Of a stretch of DNA of 64,000 bases, positions 35,863 to 44,151 are shown one piece after another; positions within the stretch are counted from its first letter, which is position 1, and each line of letters opens with the position of its first letter. The translations under genes were made by a program, and so were the position numbers. The stretch comes from Oscillospiraceae bacterium (lineage in GTDB: Bacteria; Bacillota; Clostridia; Oscillospirales; CAG-382), in assembly GCA_015063785.1 (NCBI GenBank), contig SVTM01000010.1, positions 9,728 to 73,727 of the forward strand, written 5' to 3'. The notes beneath the pieces are model-generated. The model saw only the letters and a program-made list of their open reading frames with translations, had not been told where the DNA came from and ran no database searches.

Positions 35863-35906
35863 AAAAAAATGGCACACCCGTTTCCATCCGGAATACAGGT
35901 GTGCCA
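35863..35906 (-). terminator. Intrinsic terminator at the end of the fab/acc operon
   Basis: On the minus strand: ggcacacc...ggtgtgcc hairpin followed by TTTTTTT. Confidence 0.6.
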
Positions 35907-35925
35907 AAAAGGGGTAAAAAATGAA

Positions 35926-36729
35926 TCAGCAAGCACCGATCTTGCGGAATTTTGCATATCTTTCGTCAAGAAGCTTGTCGACAGAAAGCTTTTCTTTTGT
36001 ATCTATTTCGCAAAGTATAAAGCTTTTGAGATCCGAGGTTATCTCATCGCGGCTTCTGTCCTTTTCGTCAATGATCTTTTCGATAACTTCAAATTTGTAA
36101 AGATCGTGGGCAGTAAGTTTCAGAACCTCTGCCGCCTCTGCCGCTTTTGTCGAGTCTTTCCAAAGAATAGACGCGCATCCCTCGGGCGAGATTACCGAAT
36201 ACACCGAGTTTTCAAGCATAATTGCCGTGTCGCATACTCCCAGCGCCAGTGCACCTCCGCTTCCGCCTTCGCCGATGATGACCGATATGATCGGAACCTT
36301 GATTCCCATCATTTCAAAAAGGTTTTCGGCAATGGCTTCTCCCTGTCCGCGCTCTTCTGCGTCGATGCCGCAGTATGCACCCGAGCTTCCGATAAAGCAA
36401 ACGATGGGTCGTCCGAATTTTTCTGCCTGCTTCATCAGACGCAGTGCCTTGCGGTAGCCTTCGGGGGTGGGACAGCCAAAGTGCCTTTTCATTCTGTCCT
36501 CAATGGTGTCGCCGCGCTCCATGGCAATGACGGTAACAGACTTTCCGCCAATATATCCAACCCCACCGATAATGGCAGAGTCGTCGCCAAATCTTCTGTC
36601 GCCATGCAGCTCGATGAAATTGTCGACCAGACGGGAAATAAAGTATCCGCCGGACGGTCTTTTTCCGTCGCGTGCGGCCTGAACTCTGTCATATGCCTTT
36701 ATTTCACTTGTATTTTCAATGGTTCTCAT
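35926..36729 (-). CDS. accA: Acetyl-CoA carboxylase carboxyltransferase alpha subunit (short form)
   Basis: ELHGDRRFGDD.AIIGG, TPEGYRKALRLM and EGGSGGALA blocks. Confidence 0.85.
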   Translation of the reverse strand: MRTIENTSEIKAYDRVQAARDGKRPSGGYFISRLVDNFIELHGDRRFGDDSAIIGGVGYIGGKSVTVIAMERGDTIEDRMKRHFGCPTPEGYRKALRLMKQAEKFGRPIVCFIGSSGAYCGIDAEERGQGEAIAENLFEMMGIKVPIISVIIGEGGSGGALALGVCDTAIMLENSVYSVISPEGCASILWKDSTKAAEAAEVLKLTAHDLYKFEVIEKIIDEKDRSRDEITSDLKSFILCEIDTKEKLSVDKLLDERYAKFRKIGAC

Positions 36730-36743
36730 TTTGACCTCCTCGT

Positions 36744-37559
36744 TCAGTGCTTTGCGTGGACTGCAAGCAGCTTTGAAAGGGTGTATTTCAATCGCTGTCT
36801 TGTTTCGATCATGTCGATAAATCCGTGCTCAAGCATAAATTCTGCACGCTGAAATCCTGCAGGAAGTTTTTTGCCGGTGGTCTGCTCGATAACGCGCTGA
36901 CCTGCAAAGCCGATAAGTGCCTTGGGCTCTGCGATGATTATATCCCCCTGCATGGCAAAGCTTGCCGTAACGCCGCCTGTGGTGGGGTCGGTGAGCACTG
37001 CAATATAAAGTCCGCCGGCGTCGCTGTGGCGTTTTGCCGCACCGCTGACCTTTGCCATCTGCATAAGAGAGATGATACCCTCTTGCATTCTTGCGCCGCC
37101 CGAGGTGGTAAATCCCACAACGGGAAGTCCTTCTTCTGTGGCAAGCTCAAATAGACGGGTGATCTTTTCGCCCACAACACTGCCCATGCTTCCCATCATG
37201 AAGTTTGAATCCATGACGAAAAGCGCACAATCGTTGCCGCCGATCTTGCCCACGCCGCAGATAACGCCTTCGTCAAGTCCGCTGGCTTTTTTTGATTTTT
37301 CAAGCTTGTCGTCGTATTCGGGAAACCCGAGAATGTTTTCGCTTTTAAGTTCAGAAAAATGCTCTGTAAATTCACCTTCGTCCACAACCAGCGAAAGACG
37401 TTCTTTTGCACCCATGCGCAGATAAGTTCCGCAATCGGGGCAGACCATATCTGTTTTGTAAAACTCTGATCTTTTTGCTGTTCTTTCGCATTTTTTGCAG
37501 GTGATCTCTTCATTTTCGGACTTCTTTTTCAAAAGACCGAACAGATTCATAATTCCCAA
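36744..37559 (-). CDS. accD: Acetyl-CoA carboxylase carboxyltransferase beta subunit
   Basis: Zn-ribbon CKKCE...CPDCG and [15 protein letters not shown] start 8 nt after GGAGGA. Confidence 0.85.
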   Translation of the reverse strand: MGIMNLFGLLKKKSENEEITCKKCERTAKRSEFYKTDMVCPDCGTYLRMGAKERLSLVVDEGEFTEHFSELKSENILGFPEYDDKLEKSKKASGLDEGVICGVGKIGGNDCALFVMDSNFMMGSMGSVVGEKITRLFELATEEGLPVVGFTTSGGARMQEGIISLMQMAKVSGAAKRHSDAGGLYIAVLTDPTTGGVTASFAMQGDIIIAEPKALIGFAGQRVIEQTTGKKLPAGFQRAEFMLEHGFIDMIETRQRLKYTLSKLLAVHAKH

Positions 37560-37563
37560 TATC

Positions 37564-37998
37564 TTATTCCTCCGAATTATTGTTCTTGGCTGTTATTGCA
37601 AAGGAAAATTCTGCGCTGACGCAAAGTTTTCCGTTCACAAAACCTTCGCCCTTTGCAAAGTAAAAAGGCTCGCGTACCTTTGAGATCTCGCATTTTGTTT
37701 CAAAGGTGTCGCCGGGGACAACGGGGTTTCTGAACTTAACCTTGTCAAGCCCTGTGAAAAAGGGAAGACATCCTTCTTTTATAACGTCCTTTACGCATAC
37801 ACACACCGACTGGGCAAGTATTTCACAAAGAATAACTCCCGGGACGACGGGGTTTCCGGGGAAATGTCCTCTCAGAAAGAATTCTTCTCCCGTTATCTTC
37901 TTTTTTGCATGCGCCACACCGTCACAAAGCTCTGCCTCGTCAATAAGAAGCATATCGTCGCGGTGGGGGAGTATTGTCTTTATTTCTTCGACGTTCAT
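37564..37998 (-). CDS. fabZ: 3-hydroxyacyl-ACP dehydratase
   Basis: [11 protein letters not shown] and [12 protein letters not shown]. Confidence 0.9.
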   Translation of the reverse strand: MNVEEIKTILPHRDDMLLIDEAELCDGVAHAKKKITGEEFFLRGHFPGNPVVPGVILCEILAQSVCVCVKDVIKEGCLPFFTGLDKVKFRNPVVPGDTFETKCEISKVREPFYFAKGEGFVNGKLCVSAEFSFAITAKNNNSEE

Positions 37999-38001
37999 GC
38001 C

Positions 38002-39237
38002 TTATTCCCCGATCTTTTTAAAGCCAATACAGGCGTTGTGACCACCAAAGCCCAAAGAAACCGACATTGCAAGGTCGATCTGTGTCTTCTTTGCGGTGTT
38101 GGGGGTGTAGTTGAGGTCGCATTCCTCGTCCTTTTCCTCGTATCCGATGGTGGGGGGAACAAGGTCGTTGCGAAGTGCAAGAATGGCGGCAATGCCCTCT
38201 ATGGCACCTGCGGCACCTAGAAGGTGACCTGTCATGGATTTTGTTGAGCTGATGTTCAGCTTGTATGCGTCGGCACCAAAGACGTTTTTGAGTGCCTGGG
38301 TTTCTGTTTTGTCGTTAAGGGGAGTGCTTGTTCCGTGGGCGTTTACATAGATCTTTTCCGCATCAACGTCTGCGCCTGCTTCCTTGAAGCAATCGGATAT
38401 TGCCCTTGCAGACGATCTTGCCTCGCCGTCGGGTGCTGTAACGTGGAAAGCATCACAGGTGCTTCCGTAGCCCACAACTTCGGCATATATCTTTGCGCCT
38501 CTTGCCTTGGCGTGCTCGTATTCTTCAACGATCAGCGCACCTGCGCCCTCGCCCATAACAAAGCCGCTTCTTCTCTTGTCAAAGGGAACGCAGGCGGTTT
38601 TGGGGTCGGTGTTTTCGGTAAGCGCCATGCAGTTGATAAAGCCTGCCACAGCAAGGGGAGAAATGCTCGCTTCAACGCCGCCTGCGATGATGGCATCGGC
38701 ATATCCGCCCTTTATTGCTCTGTAAGCTTCTCCGATGGCGGTGGTGCCTGTGGCGCAGGCGGTAGAAACAGACATGCAGGGACCTTTTGCCGAAAATCTG
38801 ATGGCAATGTTGCCTGCGGCCATGTTTGAGATCATCTTGGGGATGAAATGGGGAGATACTCTTGTGGGGCCGCGGTTGATAAGATTGTTGTGCTCGGTAA
38901 CAAATGTTTCAAATCCGCCGATGCCCGAGCCAAAGTATACTCCAAAGCGTTCGCTGTCAATATTGCCTTCGATTCCGCTGTCGGCAACTGCCTGCGCGGC
39001 AGAAGCAAGGGCAAACTGAACGAAACGATCGGTTCTTCTGACCTCGCCCTTTTCCATATAAAGGGTGGGGTCAAAATCGCGAACTTCGCCTGCCAGCTTT
39101 GCACGGTAGTCTGTGGTGTCAAAGCTTTTAATAAGGTCGATGCCGCTTTTGCCGTTTTTAAGACTGTCCCAGAAGCTTTCCACATCGCAACCGACTGGAG
39201 TTATGGCTCCGAGACCTGTTATAACTACTCTTTTCAT
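38002..39237 (-). CDS. fabF: 3-oxoacyl-ACP synthase II
   Basis: KRVVITGLG, the active-site block VSTACATG, HGTSTPLND and GHLLGAAG. Confidence 0.9.
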   Translation of the reverse strand: MKRVVITGLGAITPVGCDVESFWDSLKNGKSGIDLIKSFDTTDYRAKLAGEVRDFDPTLYMEKGEVRRTDRFVQFALASAAQAVADSGIEGNIDSERFGVYFGSGIGGFETFVTEHNNLINRGPTRVSPHFIPKMISNMAAGNIAIRFSAKGPCMSVSTACATGTTAIGEAYRAIKGGYADAIIAGGVEASISPLAVAGFINCMALTENTDPKTACVPFDKRRSGFVMGEGAGALIVEEYEHAKARGAKIYAEVVGYGSTCDAFHVTAPDGEARSSARAISDCFKEAGADVDAEKIYVNAHGTSTPLNDKTETQALKNVFGADAYKLNISSTKSMTGHLLGAAGAIEGIAAILALRNDLVPPTIGYEEKDEECDLNYTPNTAKKTQIDLAMSVSLGFGGHNACIGFKKIGE

Positions 39238-39263
39238 ACTGTTGTCCTCCGTTTTGGGTGAAA

Positions 39264-40004
39264 TCAGATGGCAAGACCGCCGTCTACGCGGACCGTTTCG
39301 CCTGTGATATAATCAGACATTGAAGAAGCAAGAAATGCGGCGAGATTTGCCACGTCCTCGGGCGTGCCGAGCCTTGCTTTCGGTATGGATTTAAGAAATT
39401 CTTCCGAAGAATCAAGATCTTTTGTCATGTCTGTGGTGATAAAGCCGGGGGCAATGGCGTTGCAGCATACGTTCTTTCCGCCAAGCTCGCGCGCCGTCAC
39501 CTTTGTCAGGGCAATAACGCCTGCTTTTGATGCCGAATAGTTGGCCTGACCTGCAAGCCCCATAATACCCGATACCGACGAAATGTTTATGATCTTTCCG
39601 TATTTTTTCTTGATAAAATTTCTTGAGCAAGCTTTTATCATGTTAAAGCAGCCCTTAAGGTTTGTGTCGATAACTGCATCAAACTCTTCGTCCTCCATCA
39701 TAACGAGCAGATTGTCTTTGGTAATGCCTGCGTTGTTGACGAGTATTTCAAATCCGCCAAAATCCGCGACGATATTTTTTACAGTCTGCTTACATTCTTC
39801 GGACGATGCCACGTTGCATTTGTATATCTCGCATTTTGTACCAAAAGATTCGACCTTTTGCTTCACTTCGGTGGCTTTTTCCAGGTTTCCGTTGTAGATT
39901 ATCGCAACGTTTGCACCGTATGCGGCAAATTTTTCGGCAATTCCTGCACCGATTCCGCGTGAACCGCCGGTTATTATAGCTGTTTTTCCTTTAAGATCTG
40001 TCAT
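39264..40004 (-). CDS. fabG: 3-oxoacyl-ACP reductase
   Basis: TGGSRGIG, NNAG and YSASKAG (SDR catalytic motif). Confidence 0.9.
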   Translation of the reverse strand: MTDLKGKTAIITGGSRGIGAGIAEKFAAYGANVAIIYNGNLEKATEVKQKVESFGTKCEIYKCNVASSEECKQTVKNIVADFGGFEILVNNAGITKDNLLVMMEDEEFDAVIDTNLKGCFNMIKACSRNFIKKKYGKIINISSVSGIMGLAGQANYSASKAGVIALTKVTARELGGKNVCCNAIAPGFITTDMTKDLDSSEEFLKSIPKARLGTPEDVANLAAFLASSMSDYITGETVRVDGGLAI

Positions 40005-40006
40005 TT

Positions 40007-40924
40007 TTATTCACCTTTGATTGCCGCAACTGTTGCCGCAAGGCTTTCGGCATCCTGAACCGAATATACCTTCACATCTTTAGATATCTTCTTTATAAGT
40101 CCGCAAAGGGTCTTACCGGCACCCACTTCGATAAAGTCGGTAACACCGTCAGCGATCATGTTCTCAATTGTTTCCTGCCATCTGACAGGGCACATCATCT
40201 GGTTTTCAAGATATTCGGCAACGTCATCTCCGTATACCTTTGCGGTGTAGTTTGCATAAACCGACTTTTGGGGAGCTTTGATGTTGCGCTCTTTAAGGAA
40301 TTCTCCAAAAGCCTTCGCAGCGTCTGCCATAAAGGGCGAGTGGAAAGCGGCGCTTACTGCAAGGGGAATTGCTTTGCCGCCCATTTCGGCAGCCTTTTGC
40401 GCAAAAGCGTCAACACTTTCTTTAAGGCCGGAAATAACTGTCTGCCCCGGGCAGTTGTAGTTTACCGCATAAAGCTTTTCAAAGCCTTTTACGGCTTCTG
40501 TAACGGCGTCGGCGTCGATCTTCACGATCGCGCTCATGGCAGTATCTGCTTTGCCCGCCGCCTCGTGCATAAGTGCGCCCCTTTTTGTTACTATCTCAAA
40601 ACCCTCTTTGTAAGAGTACGCGCCGGCATAAGAGAGGGCTGCGATCTCGCCGAGCGAAAAGCCTGCCACGTGGCAAGATGTGATGCCCTGTTCTTCCAGA
40701 GCAAGACAAGCTGCCATTTCCACAAGATACATGCAGGGCTGTGTGTTGCAGGTCATCTTAAGCTCGTAGTCTGTTCCTTCAAACGATTGCTTCATCGTGC
40801 CGGGACGTATGCTTTCTGCTTCTTCATAAAGTTTTTTTGCCGCGTCGCAGTTTTCGTAGAGGGATTTTCCCATACCGCTGTACTGCGCGCCCTGTCCCGA
40901 AAAAACAAATGCTATTTTACCCAT
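40007..40924 (-). CDS. fabD: Malonyl-CoA:ACP transacylase
   Basis: FVFSGQGAQYSGMG and GFSLGE. The ATG at 40924 overlaps the fabK end by 13 nt; the track start at 41035 is rejected. Confidence 0.9.
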   Translation of the reverse strand: MGKIAFVFSGQGAQYSGMGKSLYENCDAAKKLYEEAESIRPGTMKQSFEGTDYELKMTCNTQPCMYLVEMAACLALEEQGITSCHVAGFSLGEIAALSYAGAYSYKEGFEIVTKRGALMHEAAGKADTAMSAIVKIDADAVTEAVKGFEKLYAVNYNCPGQTVISGLKESVDAFAQKAAEMGGKAIPLAVSAAFHSPFMADAAKAFGEFLKERNIKAPQKSVYANYTAKVYGDDVAEYLENQMMCPVRWQETIENMIADGVTDFIEVGAGKTLCGLIKKISKDVKVYSVQDAESLAATVAAIKGE

Positions 40925-41856
40925 TGTTTTGCTCCGTTCAAAATAGTTTCTGTTTCGCAAAAGATCTCTTCTATGATCTCTTTTGCCGATTGTTCCTTGT
41001 TTACAAGACCCGATATCTGTCCTGCAAGGAAACACCCCTTCTTTTCATCTCCGTCAACCACAGCGGCACGGAGAGTGCCCACGGCAAGCGCTTCGAGCTC
41101 GTCGTTGGGGATGTCGGTGTATTCAAGCTTTGCATAGTTTCTTGAAAAGGCCGTTTTGATGCTTCTTACAGGGTGACCAAGCCTTCTTCCGGTAACAACG
41201 GTTGCCGTGTCGTTGGCTGTCAGCACCTTTTCCTTGTAAGTGCGGCTGATGCCACATTCAAGCGCCGCAAGAAAACGTGTGCCTATCTGCACACCGCACG
41301 CGCCAAGCATAAGAGACGCCGCAACGCCTCTTCCGTCGGCAATACCGCCTGCGGCAATAACGGGAATACTGACGGCATCGCACACCTGGGGAACAAGTGC
41401 CATGGTGGTCATTTCGCCCACGTGTCCGCCCGATTCTCCGCCCTCGGCAATAACCGCGTCTGCGCCTGCACGTTCTGCAAGCTTTGCAAAGGCTGCAGAA
41501 GGAACGACAGGTATAACTTTTATGCCTGATTCTTTCCACATAGGTATATATTTTCCGGCACTTCCTGCACCTGTGGTCACAACAGCAACCTTTTTGCGTG
41601 CAAGAAGAGCGGCTATTTCGTCAATGTTTTCGCCCATGAGCATAACGTTTACGCCAAAGGGCTTATCTGTAAGTGAAAAAGCAAGATCGATCTGTTCTTC
41701 GATCTTTTCGACGTTTCCGCTTGCCGCAGAAACGATTCCCAAGCCGCCTGCATTTGATACGGCGGCGGCAAGCACGGCGTCTGAAATGTGCGCCATGCCG
41801 CCCTGAAAAATGGGGTATTTGATACCCACAATGTCACAAAGATTTGTGTGGATCAT
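40912..41856 (-). CDS. fabK: Enoyl-ACP reductase II (FMN-dependent, nitronate monooxygenase fold)
   Basis: YPIFQGGMAHIS..AAAVSNAGGLG. Confidence 0.85.
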   Translation of the reverse strand: MIHTNLCDIVGIKYPIFQGGMAHISDAVLAAAVSNAGGLGIVSAASGNVEKIEEQIDLAFSLTDKPFGVNVMLMGENIDEIAALLARKKVAVVTTGAGSAGKYIPMWKESGIKVIPVVPSAAFAKLAERAGADAVIAEGGESGGHVGEMTTMALVPQVCDAVSIPVIAAGGIADGRGVAASLMLGACGVQIGTRFLAALECGISRTYKEKVLTANDTATVVTGRRLGHPVRSIKTAFSRNYAKLEYTDIPNDELEALAVGTLRAAVVDGDEKKGCFLAGQISGLVNKEQSAKEIIEEIFCETETILNGAKQWVK

Positions 41857-41879
41857 TTTTCTTTACCGTGTTCTTTGGC

Positions 41880-42101
41880 TTATTCAGCTTTGCTGTCGAT
41901 GTAAGCAACAACTTCTTTGACAGACTTGCCGACTTCGCCGGGCTTCAGCTCAACACCGAACTCGTCTTCCATCTCCATAAGGATCTCAACTGTGTCAAGC
42001 GAGTCAACTCCGAGATCTTCGAAAGTTGTTTCTTCTGTGATTTCAGAAGCGTCGATGTCAAGGTGGTCTGCGAGAAGTGCGATTACTTTTTCGAGTGTCA
42101 T
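41880..42101 (-). CDS. acpP: Acyl carrier protein
   Basis: LGVDSLDTVE phosphopantetheine site. The ATG at 42101 lies 7 nt after GGAGGA. Confidence 0.9.
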   Translation of the reverse strand: MTLEKVIALLADHLDIDASEITEETTFEDLGVDSLDTVEILMEMEDEFGVELKPGEVGKSVKEVVAYIDSKAE

Positions 42102-42156
42102 GATAAAATCCTCCATGATATTAAAAATATTTTTTGGTAAATCTATTTAATGGCAA

Positions 42157-43110
42157 TTACCATTCGATAAGACATGCGGCGCTGGAAAGTCCGCCGCCAA
42201 AGGCGCACATAACTATCTTGTCGCCTCTTTCAAGTTTTCCCGAGCGTGCAAGCTCGTCAAGAGCCATCGGCACGCTTGCCGACGAGGTGTTTCCGTATTT
42301 GTCAATGTTTACAACAAACTTTTCCATCGGAATTTTAAGGCGTTTTGCTGCGAACTCGATTATTCTGATATTCGCCTGATGGGTGACAACGTGGTCGATA
42401 TCGTCAAGAATAAGACCTGCGTCGTAGGTGACCTGCTTGATATCTTCAACAATTCTGTTGACGGCAAATTTAAAGGTTTCCTGACCGTCCATGAAAATGT
42501 AGGGGTGCTTCGCATCCTTTTCAAAGAAAGGGGACGAACCCGAAAAACTCGGTATTTCAATAACTTCGTTGCCTCCGTAGGTGTTGATCTTTGAGGCAAG
42601 ATATCCGTCGCCCTTGCCGATCACCGCAGCTCCTGCACCGTCGCCAAAAATAACGCAGGTGCTTCTGTCCGCCCAATCGATCAGCTTGCTCATGCGTTCG
42701 GACCCGATGACGAGTATCTTTCCGTAACCCGGACGCGAAAGATAAGAAACCGCAGTTTCAAGAGCAAAAAGAAAGCCGGAGCAAGCTGAGTTTACGTCAA
42801 AAGCGGGGCAGGTAGCGCCGATAGCTTTCTGAACGTATCCTGCAACGGTGGGACAGACACATTCAGAAGAAATGGTCGCCGCGATTATAAGGTCGATCTC
42901 GTCTGCAAAAATTCCTGCGGAAATGAGAGCACGCTTTGCTGCCTGAGCTGCAAATTCTTCTGCTGTTTCACCTGTGGAAACGTGTCTTTCTTTCACCCCG
43001 ACACGCTGAACGATCCATTCGTCCGACGTGTCCACAATCTTTGCAAGATCGTTGTTTGTAATAATTTTTTCGGGAACGTAAGAGCCTGTTCCGAGAAACC
43101 TTATCGACAT
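42157..43110 (-). CDS. fabH: 3-oxoacyl-ACP synthase III
   Basis: SDEWI, NSACSGF, HQAN and GGGLS. The ATG at 43110 follows AGGAAAGGA. Confidence 0.9.
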   Translation of the reverse strand: MSIRFLGTGSYVPEKIITNNDLAKIVDTSDEWIVQRVGVKERHVSTGETAEEFAAQAAKRALISAGIFADEIDLIIAATISSECVCPTVAGYVQKAIGATCPAFDVNSACSGFLFALETAVSYLSRPGYGKILVIGSERMSKLIDWADRSTCVIFGDGAGAAVIGKGDGYLASKINTYGGNEVIEIPSFSGSSPFFEKDAKHPYIFMDGQETFKFAVNRIVEDIKQVTYDAGLILDDIDHVVTHQANIRIIEFAAKRLKIPMEKFVVNIDKYGNTSSASVPMALDELARSGKLERGDKIVMCAFGGGLSSAACLIEW

Positions 43111-43133
43111 TGTGATAGATCCTTTCCTTTCGT

Positions 43134-43309
43134 CAGCACAGCGTGTGCTGAAAATATTTTTTCGGGATTTCTCCCGATGTTCCAGCACGATGTGTGCTGT
43201 ATAATTTTTTGGGCTTTCGCCCTGCCCCCAGCACAGTGTGTGCTGGTAATATTATTACGGGAAAAACTCCCGTTTTATTACTTGTTTGAATTCAGCACAG
43301 TGTGTGCTG
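43134..43309. repeat. Array of four 17-bp palindromes CAGCAC-N5-GTGCTG (43134-43150, 43183-43199, 43229-43245, 43293-43309); candidate operators in front of fabH
   Basis: Read directly. The arms are invariant and the centres are agcgt, gatgt, agtgt, agtgt. Start-to-start spacing is 49, 46 and 64 bp. Confidence 0.8.
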
Positions 43310-43343
43310 TAATTTTTTTCAACCGTGTAAAACGGTTGAAAAG

Positions 43344-43925
43344 TCATTTTCTCATTCCTTCCAGCAGGAAAGAGAAGGTGTATCTGTAGTAGTCAAGAGC
43401 TTCTTCCTTTGGAATGCCGCGGCTGACGGCGTCGGCGTTGAATCCGCGGATAAAGCACCAGATGGAATAGCTGACCTTGCGCGAATCGACATTTTTGATG
43501 AAGCCTTTTTCTTTTGCAATGTCGATCACTTTTTCTATCTGACCCGTCCACCAGTCACAGTTACTCTTGGAGAGCGAATCGTGCTCGAAAATATAGTGGT
43601 TGAAGTTCATCTTTGTTTCGTACGAGCGCACGATGGTGTGCAGACAGGCTTTCATAACGTATTCAAAAAACTCGTCTGCCGAACCAAAATCTGCGGTAAG
43701 CTCGGTACGGATCTTCAAAATAGAGCGGGTGTAGATGGTTTCAAGAACCTCGTCGATGTTGTGAAAACGGTTGTAGAAAACGCGGTTTGTAATACCCAGA
43801 GTGTTTAAAAGCTTGCTGACCGTCACGTTTTTTGCTCCGTGCACAACGGCAAGCTCTTCGGCAGCGCTGATTATGGTTTCAGACATTTCGTCGACGATAA
43901 GTTCGTCTTTCTTGGTTGTAGCCAT
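43344..43925 (-). CDS. TetR/AcrR-family transcriptional regulator
   Basis: N-terminal HTH: ...GAKNVTVSKLLNTLGITNRVFYNRFHNIDEV. 193 aa. GGAGGT RBS. Confidence 0.85.
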   Translation of the reverse strand: MATTKKDELIVDEMSETIISAAEELAVVHGAKNVTVSKLLNTLGITNRVFYNRFHNIDEVLETIYTRSILKIRTELTADFGSADEFFEYVMKACLHTIVRSYETKMNFNHYIFEHDSLSKSNCDWWTGQIEKVIDIAKEKGFIKNVDSRKVSYSIWCFIRGFNADAVSRGIPKEEALDYYRYTFSFLLEGMRK

Positions 43926-43944
43926 ACTGCACCTCCGAAAGTTT

Positions 43945-43961
43945 CAGCACGCACTGTGCTG
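43945..43961. promoter_or_regulatory. Fifth CAGCAC-N5-GTGCTG palindrome, 5 nt downstream of the TetR -10 box (candidate auto-operator)
   Basis: cagcac-gcact-gtgctg. It lies between the -10 box and the RBS of the TetR gene. Confidence 0.6.
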
Positions 43962-43966
43962 AAAGA

Positions 43967-43995
43967 ATTATATCATCGTTTGTGTGTTTTGTCAA
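43967..43995 (-). promoter_or_regulatory. Consensus sigma-A promoter of the TetR gene
   Basis: On the minus strand: TTGACA (43995-43990), 17 nt, TATAAT (43972-43967). Confidence 0.65.
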
Positions 43996-44086
43996 GTGTT
44001 TTTGCAAAATTTGTGTGATTATATGGCATTTCTTTGCCAAAACCACACAATATATTGGGTTTTTTCTCCAATCCGCTCGGTTTTCC

Positions 44087-44115
44087 TTGACAAAACCATT
44101 TTCATGTTGTATCAT
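44087..44115 (+). promoter_or_regulatory. Candidate promoter of the BNR-repeat gene
   Basis: TTGACA (44087-44092), 17 nt, TATCAT (44110-44115). Confidence 0.5.
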
Positions 44116-44151
44116 TTAATTGTTATTTCTGATATGACAGGAGATATAAAT

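Noticed and set aside
34279-36852. Two plus-strand ORFs (34279-35316 and 35800-36852)
   Set aside because: They are antisense to pgi and to accA/accD respectively. Both cross terminators or intergenic regions.
40268-41137. 289-aa plus-strand ORF
   Set aside because: It is antisense to fabD/fabK.
1459-43188. Long 5' extensions of track ORFs (starts at 1459, 10790, 14918, 23126, 25750, 31571, 41035, 42116, 43188, and likewise 43984, 46079, 46150, 51321)
   Set aside because: The extensions overlap upstream genes or contain promoters. Each has an internal start with a proper RBS at the position expected from the protein family, and those starts were used in the feature table.
43134-43309. Possible mini-CRISPR array (short palindromic repeats with 29-47 bp spacers)
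   Set aside because: The repeats are only 17 bp, there are only four copies, and the spacing is irregular. The spacers themselves share a hairpin plus A-tract design. A fifth copy sits on a promoter, and no cas genes are present. An operator array fits better.
43162-43338. The four GC hairpins in the tetR-fabH spacer as intrinsic terminators
   Set aside because: On the coding (minus) strand each hairpin is followed by an A-run, not a U-run. On the plus strand the T-run precedes the hairpin. Neither orientation gives a canonical terminator.
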